From an uncultured Chloroflexia bacterium (GTDB taxonomy: Bacteria > Chloroflexota > Dehalococcoidia > Dehalococcoidales > RBG-16-60-22), in NCBI GenBank assembly GCA_963759785.1, contig CAVXAM010000006.1, positions 18,389 through 82,388 on the forward strand: a stretch of 64,000 nucleotides of DNA, given 5' to 3'. Below, one piece after another: positions 48,351-57,735 of the stretch (position 1 is its first letter; each line of letters starts with the position of its first letter). The notes under the pieces were generated by a model that did no database searches, was not told the origin of the DNA, and was given only the letters and a program-made list of their open reading frames with translations. Made by a program: the position numbers and the translations under genes.

Positions 48351-48995
48351 GTGACTTCGCTCGAACATTGGGTCCTCGACATTATTAACTCCCTCTACAC
48401 TTTTATGCAATGGCCGGGCGTGATGCTGCTGATGGCGGTAGAAAGCGCCTTAATCCCCTTTCCCAGCGAACTCATTATGCCCCTGGCTGGCTGGATGCTC
48501 ATTAACGAGCCCGGTCTATCAGTCTGGTGGGTGTTAGTCGCCGGTGTTGTCGGGGCTGTCGGTAATACCATCGGCTCGGTGGTAGCCTATTACGTCGGTA
48601 TGTGGGCGGGACGCCCGTTCCTGAATAAGTACGGACGCTATGTCCTGATTTCGCAGCACGACCTTGATATCGCCGACCACTGGTTCACGAAACGCGGCAG
48701 CTGGACGGTCTTTGTTTCACGCTTATTGCCTTTAGTCCGCACCTATATCAGCCTCCCCGCCGGTATCGCCCGGATGAATATCGTCAAATTCCTAGTATAT
48801 ACTTTCAGCGGATCTTTTATCTGGAGTACCGGGCTGGCTTACGGCGGCTATTTATTGGGCGAACACTGGGAACAGCTACGTAGCGCGATGCGACCCTTCG
48901 ACCCCATTATTTTGGCTATTGTCGTAATTCTCATCGCCTGGTATATTTACCGTCATATCAAGCACCTCCGCGCCGAAAAGAAAAAGGAAGACTAA
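48351..48995 (+). CDS. DedA family membrane protein
   Basis: ESALIPFPSE, RLLPLVRTYISLPAG; GTG 48351 lies 6 nt after TTGACA-18-TACACT. Confidence 0.9.
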   Translation: MTSLEHWVLDIINSLYTFMQWPGVMLLMAVESALIPFPSELIMPLAGWMLINEPGLSVWWVLVAGVVGAVGNTIGSVVAYYVGMWAGRPFLNKYGRYVLISQHDLDIADHWFTKRGSWTVFVSRLLPLVRTYISLPAGIARMNIVKFLVYTFSGSFIWSTGLAYGGYLLGEHWEQLRSAMRPFDPIILAIVVILIAWYIYRHIKHLRAEKKKED

Positions 48996-49054
48996 CACTA
49001 TCCCCGCTACATATTGACCACCCATCCAAATTCGTGTTAAATTTGAGTGTAAAC

Positions 49055-49131
49055 GTCCCTGTAGCTCAGCTGGATAGAGCGGCTGCCTTCTAAGCAGTAG
49101 GTCGTGGGTTCGAGTCCCTCCAGGGACGCCA
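49055..49131 (+). tRNA. tRNA-Arg(TCT)
   Basis: GTCCCTG acceptor, GCTGC-CTTCTAA-GCAGT, encoded CCA. Confidence 0.94.
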
Positions 49132-49158
49132 CTGTTTTAATTTAAAATAAAACACATA

Positions 49159-49632
49159 TTATTTTTGGTTCTTCGGCAATAACGACCTCACATCCGAACC
49201 CGGCGCCCCGTGGAAGTTATTAAAGCTATTCGTCACGTAAACAGGTCTGATATTGTACGTGTCTTTCGCCTTCATACTTTCTCTGTCATCAGCCTCGACA
49301 ATCGCCCGCCGGATACCGTTCCAGCTGTCGCTATCGTAAAATATCTTTTCGCGGGTGGATTTCTCCCTGTTATTCTTTTCCATCTCTGCCTGGGACTGTT
49401 TACGGTTTCTGGCGGCATAAGCTGAAAATGCATCGGGGTCATTGAACCAGGGGCGTCTTATTGGGGTCACTTCTATTTGTTGTATAGTCTCGGTTTTCAT
49501 ATTTACTCCTCTTTCTGCCGGCAGCCAGTTACGCCGCGGCATATCCTTAATATCTTCAGGCAACGTGATGATTTCTTTTTTCATCAATGTCGCCGGTTTT
49601 TCATGTACCACCCAAATACGCTGTCTAGCCAT
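49159..49632 (-). CDS. Hypothetical protein (start 49632, or 49500 with a GAGGAG RBS)
   Basis: Open frame; strong RBS before MKTETIQ. Confidence 0.55.
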   Translation of the reverse strand: MARQRIWVVHEKPATLMKKEIITLPEDIKDMPRRNWLPAERGVNMKTETIQQIEVTPIRRPWFNDPDAFSAYAARNRKQSQAEMEKNNREKSTREKIFYDSDSWNGIRRAIVEADDRESMKAKDTYNIRPVYVTNSFNNFHGAPGSDVRSLLPKNQK

Positions 49633-49945
49633 AGGTTGGCTTTGAATATAACGCAACCGCGTTCTGCTTCATCGTAGCGCGTTTCACGGGCATTACTGCT
49701 GGTTTGTCCCGAAAGTAGAATAGTCCCCGTTTCGAGACTTTAGCTTTACCCGAGGTATCCAGATTAACCAGCGTCGCTAATAGGGTTATGCTTTGCGCAT
49801 TTGCCCCCGCGGCGATATTCGATGGCGTCTGATAGTTCGCAGCAGCGTCATCAACCGCCGAAGCGGCGGCATCCCCATGGAAACGCCACAGGTTATATGT
49901 TGGCTTTCGGTCATTTTCGACAGGCTGTTTACTGGACTCAACCAA
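49625..49945 (-). CDS. Hypothetical protein
   Basis: 106-aa ORF, GAAAGGGA RBS + TTG. Confidence 0.45.
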   Translation of the reverse strand: MVESSKQPVENDRKPTYNLWRFHGDAAASAVDDAAANYQTPSNIAAGANAQSITLLATLVNLDTSGKAKVSKRGLFYFRDKPAVMPVKRATMKQNAVALYSKPTYG

Positions 49946-50098
49946 AAGTATATCCCTTTCGATTAACGAAATTTAAAACAAATATCTATCCCCATTAAGT
50001 TATATCTGGGACGCAAACGACTATTTTAGACGCCAGAATACTAAAAAGATATATTGCCAGTTTAGTTATCAGGACACCGCGCGACTTTAATATAAGGG

Positions 50099-50308
50099 CT
50101 ACCTAGAGTCGCACGGTTTGATTTCTTTAGCTACCAGCCCTTTTTCCCCCAGCCCGACTTTATAAATAACGCCCTGCCCTTCTCTTAAGGACTGGAAGCT
50201 GATGCCCTCCAGCTGACTCTGATGGAAAAAGATATCTTTACCAGTATTACTGGAGACAAAACCATAGCCATATTTCCCAACCAGATGCCTCACAACCCCA
50301 GTCGTCAT
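50099..50308 (-). CDS. Cold-shock domain protein
   Basis: GYGFV (RNP1), DIFFH (RNP2), FQSLREGQ. Confidence 0.9.
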   Translation of the reverse strand: MTTGVVRHLVGKYGYGFVSSNTGKDIFFHQSQLEGISFQSLREGQGVIYKVGLGEKGLVAKEIKPCDSR

Positions 50309-50349
50309 GTTAACCCCCTATTTAAGAAAGATTCCGATATCAGGTTAGA

Positions 50350-50472
50350 TTATTTGCCCAGAGCCGATTCCTGTTTCTTTCTTACCGGACGGGTGCCATG
50401 GCCATGTTTTACATTCTTAAAAGCTTCTTTATAGTTTCGGCGTTGCGCTTGTTTTTCAGCTTTTCTTCCCAT
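50350..50472 (-). CDS. Small basic protein, 40 aa (not in ORF track)
   Basis: AAAGGA RBS; MGRKAEKQAQRRNYKEAFKNVKHGHGTRPVRKKQESALGK. Confidence 0.5.
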   Translation of the reverse strand: MGRKAEKQAQRRNYKEAFKNVKHGHGTRPVRKKQESALGK

Positions 50473-50554
50473 TTTTGATTATCCTTTGCTAGTTACTTTT
50501 TACCTTTTTATTATATCTTAATCGACCTGCCGATTACTAATTTAGATTAGACTC

Positions 50555-50953
50555 TTAAGCATGTTCCAGTACCAGTTGCCAATCGCGCCAATCAAAGATA
50601 GCCATGTTTAGCACCAGCCGGCGTAAGGCTTCTTCTTTAGTCAATAAATAAAAATAAACGCCGCAATCGTTTTCTACATTAAGTATTTTTTCCTGCACCA
50701 TTTCGTTTAAAGCGTCTTCTATCTCCCACCCGGTACAGTTATCGTCGATAGCATGGAGAACCGCCAGCTTGCTGAATCTGCCGTTAGGATGAGCCGCGAA
50801 AAACCGTAACAACCCCAGGCAGCTACGATTGCTAATAAGTTTTTTCATCAACTGTTCGATGTACGAGCGACTTTTACCTTTATTTTTCTTCACGTCAATG
50901 ATAGTCATCAATGACTCCTTTCCATTTTTCATATCCACCCTCGTACGTGTCAC
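50555..50953 (-). CDS. Hypothetical protein, possible winged helix
   Basis: GTGA overlap with the ftsZ stop (alternative ATG 50908 with AAGGAG); LLRFF..HP, ALNEMV..KIL, YFYLL pattern. Confidence 0.6.
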   Translation of the reverse strand: MTRTRVDMKNGKESLMTIIDVKKNKGKSRSYIEQLMKKLISNRSCLGLLRFFAAHPNGRFSKLAVLHAIDDNCTGWEIEDALNEMVQEKILNVENDCGVYFYLLTKEEALRRLVLNMAIFDWRDWQLVLEHA

Positions 50954-52050
50954 TTCTTCTTACCTGAAGCGACATATTCTGATTTTTCAGCTTGCTGCTT
51001 ACGGGTGAAAGAAGGCATATCAAGCTCATCATCCTTAATCTGTTTAAGCATATTCGTTAATACTTTTTCTTTCGCTTCCTTAATTGTATCGACGATTTCA
51101 TCCTTCGCTTGAAAACCAGTGGCAATCAAGGTAAGCCGAACATCGTTGCCCATCTCGGGGTCCAGCATGACACCGAAAATCACGTTAGCTTTCGGGTCGA
51201 CTGCCTGGCGGATAATCTCGGCAGCGTCATTCACTTCATGCAACGTTAGCGAACTGCCGGCGACGTTAAATAGTACACCGGTAGCACCCTCTATAGAGAC
51301 ATCCAGTAGAGGACTGGCTAATGCGTCCTTAGCGGCATCTACTGCCCTGTTTTGTCCCGTCCCCCGCCCGATGGACATCCATGCAGGACCAGCTTCTTTC
51401 ATGATGGTTCGCACATCGGCAAAGTCCAGATTAATAAGGCCGGGCACGGTGATAACCTCGGCAATCGCCTGTACGCCGTGAAGCAGCACTTCGTCGGCTT
51501 TTCGGAAAGCCCCGTCGACGCTCGTTTTCTGGTTGCAGAGCTCAAGCAGACGGTCGTTAGGCACGATAATTAAGGTATCGACATTGCTGTTTAAGTCTCT
51601 AATGCCCTCCTCGGCGGTATTACAGCGGTGCGTTCCCTCGAATGTAAACGGTCTGGTCACTACGGCAATAGTCAGCGCGCCGGCTTTTTTAGCCATTTCG
51701 GCAATAATCGGTGCCGAACCGGTGCCGGTACCGCCGCCCATGCCTGCCGTGACAAAGACCATATCTGCCCCCGCCACTACGTCGGCTATTGCGTCGCGGC
51801 TTTCTTCGGCGGCTTTGTGACCGATGATATGGTCGCCGCCAGCCCCTAGACCGCGTGTGGTTTTAGGACCGAGCTGAATACGCTTCATCGCCTCGGTAGC
51901 TTCTAAAGCTTGCCCGTCAGTGTTCATCGCGATAAATTCCACGCCGCGCAGGTGCTCGCGTACCATTCTCGAAATGGCATTACTCCCTGCGCCTCCGGTG
52001 CCAATAACTTTAATATTCGCACCACTAGAGACATTACTCGCTCTCGCCAT
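50950..52050 (-). CDS. ftsZ: Cell division GTPase FtsZ
   Basis: AGMGGGTGTG, PFTFEG, INLDFADV, C-terminal LDMPSF. Confidence 0.97.
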   Translation of the reverse strand: MARASNVSSGANIKVIGTGGAGSNAISRMVREHLRGVEFIAMNTDGQALEATEAMKRIQLGPKTTRGLGAGGDHIIGHKAAEESRDAIADVVAGADMVFVTAGMGGGTGTGSAPIIAEMAKKAGALTIAVVTRPFTFEGTHRCNTAEEGIRDLNSNVDTLIIVPNDRLLELCNQKTSVDGAFRKADEVLLHGVQAIAEVITVPGLINLDFADVRTIMKEAGPAWMSIGRGTGQNRAVDAAKDALASPLLDVSIEGATGVLFNVAGSSLTLHEVNDAAEIIRQAVDPKANVIFGVMLDPEMGNDVRLTLIATGFQAKDEIVDTIKEAKEKVLTNMLKQIKDDELDMPSFTRKQQAEKSEYVASGKKK

Positions 52051-52091
52051 ATAAACCTCCAGTGAATATCCTTGCTAAATAATCCAGGCGC

Positions 52092-53312
52092 TTAACCAAA
52101 TAGTCTAAGCATCTTTTTCATTAGACCGTTCACGCCTGTTTCTGTTACTCTCGGTGATTCCATATCATCGTTCTTCATCTTCCAGAGAAGCAGACCGATG
52201 CCCGTGGCATGAGCCGGATTATCCAGAATTTCGGAAACACCCTGTAGCTTCATCGGGAGTCCCAGCCTGACCGGCATATGGGTTACCTTCCGCCCCAGTT
52301 CAGCGATACCAGGCAGGTTAGCGCCACCGCCGGTGATAACCAGACCCGCCGGGATAAGCTTATGAAAGTCTGACTGCGGAAGCTCCAGCATGATGAGATG
52401 CATCATTTCTTCAACACGAACCCGGATGATTTCAGATAGGTCGTTATAAGAAACGCTGTGCCCGTTGCCGGTAATCGATATTTCTTTATTCAGGCCGGTT
52501 TTACCGCCCTTTTCTCTTTCACGGGGTGTTACGTCACCGTAACGCTTTTTCATCTCTTCCGCCAGTTCATAGGTAATCCCCAGGCCGATAGAGATATCGC
52601 GCGTTATCTGATAGCCGGCTACCGGCAGCACGGAAGTATGATAAATGGTATCGTCCTTGAAAAGGGCGATATCCGTGGTACCGCCGCCGATATCAGCCAG
52701 TAAAACACCGTCCTGTTTTTCCTCCGGTTCTAATACAGCCTCGGCGCTGGCGAGCGATTCCATTACCAGGTCTTCAACTTCGATGCCGATGCTGCGGATG
52801 CACTTTGTCAGGTTCTGTACCGAGGTCGCGGCTGCCGTTATAATATGGGTCTCAACGTCCAGCCGTAATCCATGCAGTCCGACGGGGTTTTTCACGCCCG
52901 GTTGACCGTCCACCGTATAATCTCGGGGAATAACGTGTAACAGTCTTTGGTCGGAAGAAACTTTAACGTTACGGGCAACACCGAGGACGCGTTTCATATC
53001 GTCCTTCCGCACGATTTGATTATTGCGGGTAATCGAGATAGTGCCCGTTTTATTCACCGAGCTTATGTGCCGACCGGTAACGCCAACGTAGGCTGATTCC
53101 AGCTTGCAGCCAGCCATCTGTTCCGCCATTCTGACGGACTGTCGAATCGATTCCCTGGCTTCGCTGATGCTTAGCACTAATCCTTTATGCAGACCACGCG
53201 ATGGGTTTACTCCCACCCCGATAGCCCGCAGACCTTCATCATGCACTTCAGCTATGATGGTGCAAATTTTGGTCGTTCCGACGTCAATTGCCGCAACTCT
53301 ACCTCTTTTCAC
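52092..53312 (-). CDS. ftsA: Cell division protein FtsA
   Basis: IDVGTTKI, DIGGGTTD, ITGGGANL, C-terminal amphipathic helix. Confidence 0.95.
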   Translation of the reverse strand: MKRGRVAAIDVGTTKICTIIAEVHDEGLRAIGVGVNPSRGLHKGLVLSISEARESIRQSVRMAEQMAGCKLESAYVGVTGRHISSVNKTGTISITRNNQIVRKDDMKRVLGVARNVKVSSDQRLLHVIPRDYTVDGQPGVKNPVGLHGLRLDVETHIITAAATSVQNLTKCIRSIGIEVEDLVMESLASAEAVLEPEEKQDGVLLADIGGGTTDIALFKDDTIYHTSVLPVAGYQITRDISIGLGITYELAEEMKKRYGDVTPREREKGGKTGLNKEISITGNGHSVSYNDLSEIIRVRVEEMMHLIMLELPQSDFHKLIPAGLVITGGGANLPGIAELGRKVTHMPVRLGLPMKLQGVSEILDNPAHATGIGLLLWKMKNDDMESPRVTETGVNGLMKKMLRLFG

Positions 53313-53379
53313 TTACTCCTCCTTTGTGGCATTGCGCCACTGTGTGATAGAGTCATCCTCTGTTTTTCCATAGATAATG

Positions 53380-53604
53380 TTACTTGCCCCTGGCATCGCG
53401 GTAGCGGATATTCCATTTGTTGCAAAGAGACAGCAGGTGTTCTTTGAACTCCGGATTCGGGATACGATAAAGTTCCGCTAGAAAGCCATGCAGGAGTTCG
53501 CCGCCGGTCATGCTCGGAGCTGAATCTTCGGGCCCCGGCAGGTTGACGTACACGATTTCTGTCATGAGTTTCTGATACTCTATTGGAGTACCCATGGATT
53601 TCAT
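53380..53604 (-). CDS. Small hypothetical protein upstream of ftsA
   Basis: GAAGGAGG RBS; start 53604 or 53595. Confidence 0.7.
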   Translation of the reverse strand: MKSMGTPIEYQKLMTEIVYVNLPGPEDSAPSMTGGELLHGFLAELYRIPNPEFKEHLLSLCNKWNIRYRDARGK

Positions 53605-53809
53605 CCCTCCTTCTCAATTTTTTTGGATGCAAATGACCGCTTGTTTCATTTGCCACTTCAATTTTATAATTGTTAGGGACGAGAAAAAATTATTGTCCTT
53701 ACTGAATACTGACGTGTCCTTTAAAAATTCCATAAAAAAATTTCCAGAAGATTCTTGTAAATTTCCATGTCTTGGAATATAATGGTAGACGATTGAGTGA
53801 GGGCTTACC

Positions 53810-54502
53810 GTGACAAATGAAAAAGGACGCAAACACCTGCCGCCTTACGTTTCTTACCGCACCTTTTATAACTTCCTGGAACGGTTAGAACAGCATATGC
53901 CCTCCCGCATCGACCGGAGCTATTGGGGTGATTTGCTTTCCGGCAGTACGGGTATTCAGTTGATGGCGGCGCTGCGGTTTCTTAACTTGATGGATATTAA
54001 CGGCAAGCCTACCGAGCACTTGAAATCGCTCGTCGTAGCTAAAGGCGAAGCGAGAACGCAAATCCTACGCAGTATTACTAACGACTCATTCGACTTCGTC
54101 TGCAAAAGCCCGCTCGACCTCGGAAGTGCTACCTACGCACAACTGCAGGAGGTCTTTCATAACACCTTCCAGTTGACCGACGACGTCAGCCGTAAGTGTG
54201 TAAAATTCTTTATCGGCTTAGCTAAAGATGCAGGGATTACCATATCGCCGTTTATTACCAAAAGGACGCGTTCCACTCATTCCAATACTGGCGTAAGAAT
54301 AGCTGTAAAGAAAATTGGTACCAAGACAGATAAAAATACTATAATTCCACAAACGCAGGACGAAATTCCAAATTCCAATTCTTATATCCACTTACTCTTG
54401 TCCAAATTCCCGAACTTCGACCCCTCGTGGAGCGACGAGATAAAATTGAAATGGTTCGCGGATTTCGACGAATTATTGAAAAAAGCGCAGATTAACCGGT
54501 AG
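53810..54502 (+). CDS. DUF5343-like protein
   Basis: LPPYVSYRTF, P.RIDRSY, L..ALRFL.L.D..G.PT; C-terminal LLSKFPNFDPSW...KWF. Confidence 0.65.
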   Translation: MTNEKGRKHLPPYVSYRTFYNFLERLEQHMPSRIDRSYWGDLLSGSTGIQLMAALRFLNLMDINGKPTEHLKSLVVAKGEARTQILRSITNDSFDFVCKSPLDLGSATYAQLQEVFHNTFQLTDDVSRKCVKFFIGLAKDAGITISPFITKRTRSTHSNTGVRIAVKKIGTKTDKNTIIPQTQDEIPNSNSYIHLLLSKFPNFDPSWSDEIKLKWFADFDELLKKAQINR

Positions 54503-54530
54503 TTTTACATGCTAAACTAGCTTGCTGGTT

Positions 54531-55487
54531 TCACTTTTTAGAGTCGTTCCCAGATTCATCCAATAATATTCCCTTTTTCTTCGGCGGCCATAGATAGGAC
54601 GCCAAAGCGGCGAGGAGTAATATTCCCAACACTGTCCCTAAAGATATCGGAACCGGCACCTCTACCCAAGAGGATATCAGCATTTTAACCCCCAGCAATC
54701 CCAAAATGGCTGCCAGACCGTAGTTAAGATACACTAGTTTCTTGGTTACACCGGCGATAGCGAAATATAAAGCCCGTAACCCGAGAATCGCGAAAATATT
54801 CGAAGTATAGATTAAAAACAGGTCCGGCGTTATTGAAAGCACGGCTGGAACTGAATCTACGGCAAAAACTATATCGGTTGTTTCAATTACTATCAGCACC
54901 AGAAACAAGGGGGTAGCCAGCAACCGCCCTTTTTCCCGGGTAAAAAACTTACCATCGCGGTAATCGTCTGTAACTCGTAAATATTTATTACAAAATCTTA
55001 AAATCACGTTTTTCTTCGGGTCTACCTCATCATCCTTCTTGGTAGCAATTTTAACAGCAGTATAGACCAAAAAAGCGCCGAAAACATAAATCACCCAATG
55101 TAGAGCTTTCAGTAATGCCCATCCCGACCCAATAAAGGCTCCCCTCATCACTACCGCCCCGATAATGCCCCAGAAAAGCACCCGGTGCTGGTAATCCGAA
55201 GGCACGGCAAAACTGGTAAATATCAACAGGAATACGAACAGGTTATCCATACTTAACGACTGTTCGACGATGTAGCCGGTTAGGAAGGTGAATGATTTAT
55301 CTTGCCCCAGCATAAAATAAACCAAGCCAGCGAATACTAGAGCCAAAGCCATATAGCAGGCAGTCATTATTAAAGCTTCTTTAGTCTTGATGGTATGGGC
55401 TTTACGCTGGATTACCCCTAAGTCCAGCACCAGCACCACCGGCACAATAATCGCGAACACTATCCATAAAATATTTTCTTGCGGCAT
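54531..55487 (-). CDS. TerC/Alx family membrane protein
   Basis: EQSLSMDNLFVF, ETTDIVFAVDSVPA, SNIFAILGLRALYF. Confidence 0.93.
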   Translation of the reverse strand: MPQENILWIVFAIIVPVVLVLDLGVIQRKAHTIKTKEALIMTACYMALALVFAGLVYFMLGQDKSFTFLTGYIVEQSLSMDNLFVFLLIFTSFAVPSDYQHRVLFWGIIGAVVMRGAFIGSGWALLKALHWVIYVFGAFLVYTAVKIATKKDDEVDPKKNVILRFCNKYLRVTDDYRDGKFFTREKGRLLATPLFLVLIVIETTDIVFAVDSVPAVLSITPDLFLIYTSNIFAILGLRALYFAIAGVTKKLVYLNYGLAAILGLLGVKMLISSWVEVPVPISLGTVLGILLLAALASYLWPPKKKGILLDESGNDSKK

Positions 55488-56587
55488 TATTTGTTCCCTA
55501 TCTTTACTAAACTATCGCTATTTTCTTTTAAAAACCGACTACGCAATTGCCCACAGCCGGCTTTAATATCCTGACCGCGTCGCTCGCGCAGCGTAACGTT
55601 AATATGACATCGTTTAAGCTCGTTTTCGAAAGCCAGTACAATTTTACGCAGTGGCGGCTGGTATTTCACGTTGGTCGTAGGATTAGCCGGTATAAGGTTC
55701 ACATGGCACTTTAGTCCTCGTATCAGTTCAGCCAGGGCGCACGCCTGCTCAAGAGAATCGTTAATACCGTTAAAGAGAGTGTATTCGAAGCTAAGTCGCC
55801 GTCCCGTTTTTTTGCTGTATTCGCGGCAAGCCGGAATCAGTTCCTCCAGCGGATATTTCTGATTCAGCCGCACCAGTTTATTCCTTAACTCATTGTTACT
55901 TGCGTGCAGCGAAACCGCCAGTCCAACCTGGAGCTTTTCCTTAGCTAGCTGCTTTATCTGCGGCACTAAACCGGCAGTCGAAATCGTGATATTACGAGCC
56001 CCCAAACCAAATCCTTGCGGCGAGTTCAGCATTTCGATAGCCTGCCAGAGGTTATCATAATTCGCTAAAGGTTCGCCCATACCCATGAAAACTACGTTAG
56101 AGATGTGTTCGGATTTATTACTATCGCGAAGATAGCGGGTGAAATAAAGCGCCTGGTCGATTATCTCGCCCGGCGTTAAGTTACGTTCAAATCCCTGCTG
56201 GCCGGTAGCGCAAAAAGGACAACCAACGGCACAGCCCACCTGGGTGGAAACACAGACCGTATGCCTTTCCCCTCCCCTATCGTTATCATAATACATTAAC
56301 GCCGACTCGATGGTATTACCGTCATAAAGTTTAAAAAGAACCTTTATCGTCCCGTCACTCCCCTTCTCCGAGTGTATCATCTCGAGGCTATGCAGCTTTA
56401 TCTCATCTTTTAGTCTTTCTCTTAGAGCTAAAGGTAAATCGGTCATTTCATCGTAGGATAACGCCAGATTCTGGTAAACCCATTTAAGCAGCTGTTTAGC
56501 GCGATATTCAGGTTCGCCCATCGCCTTGATGAGTTGATTCAGCTGAACGTAGGTTAAATCGGTGAAATACGTCGGTATCTTAAACAT
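55487..56587 (-). CDS. rlmN: 23S rRNA/tRNA C2-methyltransferase RlmN
   Basis: STQVGCAVGCPFC, FMGMGEP, SLHA, AGCGQL. Confidence 0.96.
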   Translation of the reverse strand: MFKIPTYFTDLTYVQLNQLIKAMGEPEYRAKQLLKWVYQNLALSYDEMTDLPLALRERLKDEIKLHSLEMIHSEKGSDGTIKVLFKLYDGNTIESALMYYDNDRGGERHTVCVSTQVGCAVGCPFCATGQQGFERNLTPGEIIDQALYFTRYLRDSNKSEHISNVVFMGMGEPLANYDNLWQAIEMLNSPQGFGLGARNITISTAGLVPQIKQLAKEKLQVGLAVSLHASNNELRNKLVRLNQKYPLEELIPACREYSKKTGRRLSFEYTLFNGINDSLEQACALAELIRGLKCHVNLIPANPTTNVKYQPPLRKIVLAFENELKRCHINVTLRERRGQDIKAGCGQLRSRFLKENSDSLVKIGNK

Positions 56588-56833
56588 TTTAGCCTTGATA
56601 GTGTTAACTTTAGGATTATATCATTTTAAGTCAGAATATTTAAATTAATCAGCCATTCTCCCATAAATAACACCATAGTTATATTAATTAACAATTATAT
56701 GTTAATAGTGCTATATTTCTGAACATCACTTGTTATTTAGCAACAACCGAGACTCAAATACCCCATTCCGGACTCGTAAGAACCTCGCACAATAAACTGG
56801 TATCATGTTATAATTACGTTCGGAGAACCACCT

Positions 56834-57730
56834 TTGAAGAAACTCAAATTCTGGCTACTAGAAACTCGTCCCCAATTTCTTATCCTGTCTTTAATACTGG
56901 CTTTCCTGGGTACAACCATTGCCCTGTATAACGGCACCATCAGCATCTGGTATGCTGTACTTGCTGGTTTCGGTTTAGTACTCACCCATGCCAGTGTCAA
57001 CATCCTTAACGACTATTTCGACTTCCGTAGTGGTATCGACCAGGCAGCGAGACGCACTCCTTTCAGCGGCGGTAGCGGTATTCTCCCCGCCAACCTACTG
57101 ACACCCCACCAAGTGCTCTGGTTGGGTATAGTCTGTTTTACCCTGGCGGTACCAATCGGTATTTACTTTATCGTTGTCAGCGGCTGGCTTTTACTGCCGT
57201 TATTGATTGTCGCTGCCTTTTTCATCGCACTTTATAGTCCCTTTATCCTAAAGCATCCCTGGCCGGAATGGGCGGCAGGCGTTGGTCTCGGCGCTTTACC
57301 CATCTTAGGCATGTATTTCGTGCAAACCGGGGCCTATACCTGGGATTCTGTTGTCGTCTGTATCCCCTCGGCGTTTCTGGTACATAACCTACTACTGCTT
57401 AACGAATTTCCCGATACCGAAGCCGATAAACTGGCGAACCGTAAGACTATGACCATCACCGTGGGTAAGAAAAAAGCGGCGATTTTCTATTCAGCAATCA
57501 ATATCGCCGTATACGTCTGGATAATTGCCTGGGTGGCAGCCCGGGTTATGCCAATCTGGTCGCTTCTGGCGCTGCTTACGCTGCCCCTGGCTATCAAAGC
57601 TATCAACAGCGCCTTCCATTATGATGAACTCAATAAACTCGTACCGGGTATGGCAGCCAACGTAGCGAATGTCCTGCTAACACAGTTGTTATTGGGTATC
57701 GGTTATCTTATCGGTCACGTTGTAGGTTAA
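56834..57730 (+). CDS. menA: UbiA-family prenyltransferase, MenA-like
   Basis: NDYFDFRSGID, FSGGSG, NEFPDTEAD..KT. Confidence 0.75.
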   Translation: MKKLKFWLLETRPQFLILSLILAFLGTTIALYNGTISIWYAVLAGFGLVLTHASVNILNDYFDFRSGIDQAARRTPFSGGSGILPANLLTPHQVLWLGIVCFTLAVPIGIYFIVVSGWLLLPLLIVAAFFIALYSPFILKHPWPEWAAGVGLGALPILGMYFVQTGAYTWDSVVVCIPSAFLVHNLLLLNEFPDTEADKLANRKTMTITVGKKKAAIFYSAINIAVYVWIIAWVAARVMPIWSLLALLTLPLAIKAINSAFHYDELNKLVPGMAANVANVLLTQLLLGIGYLIGHVVG

Positions 57731-57735
57731 GATTT

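Noticed and set aside
49985-50065. GGGACGCAAA suggesting a c-di-GMP-I riboswitch
   Set aside because: No upstream GYAAA/GAAA-tetraloop stem and no downstream gene on that strand
53309-53656. 115-aa alternative-frame ORF upstream of ftsA
   Set aside because: Overlaps the RBS-supported 53380..53604 ORF and has shadow-like composition
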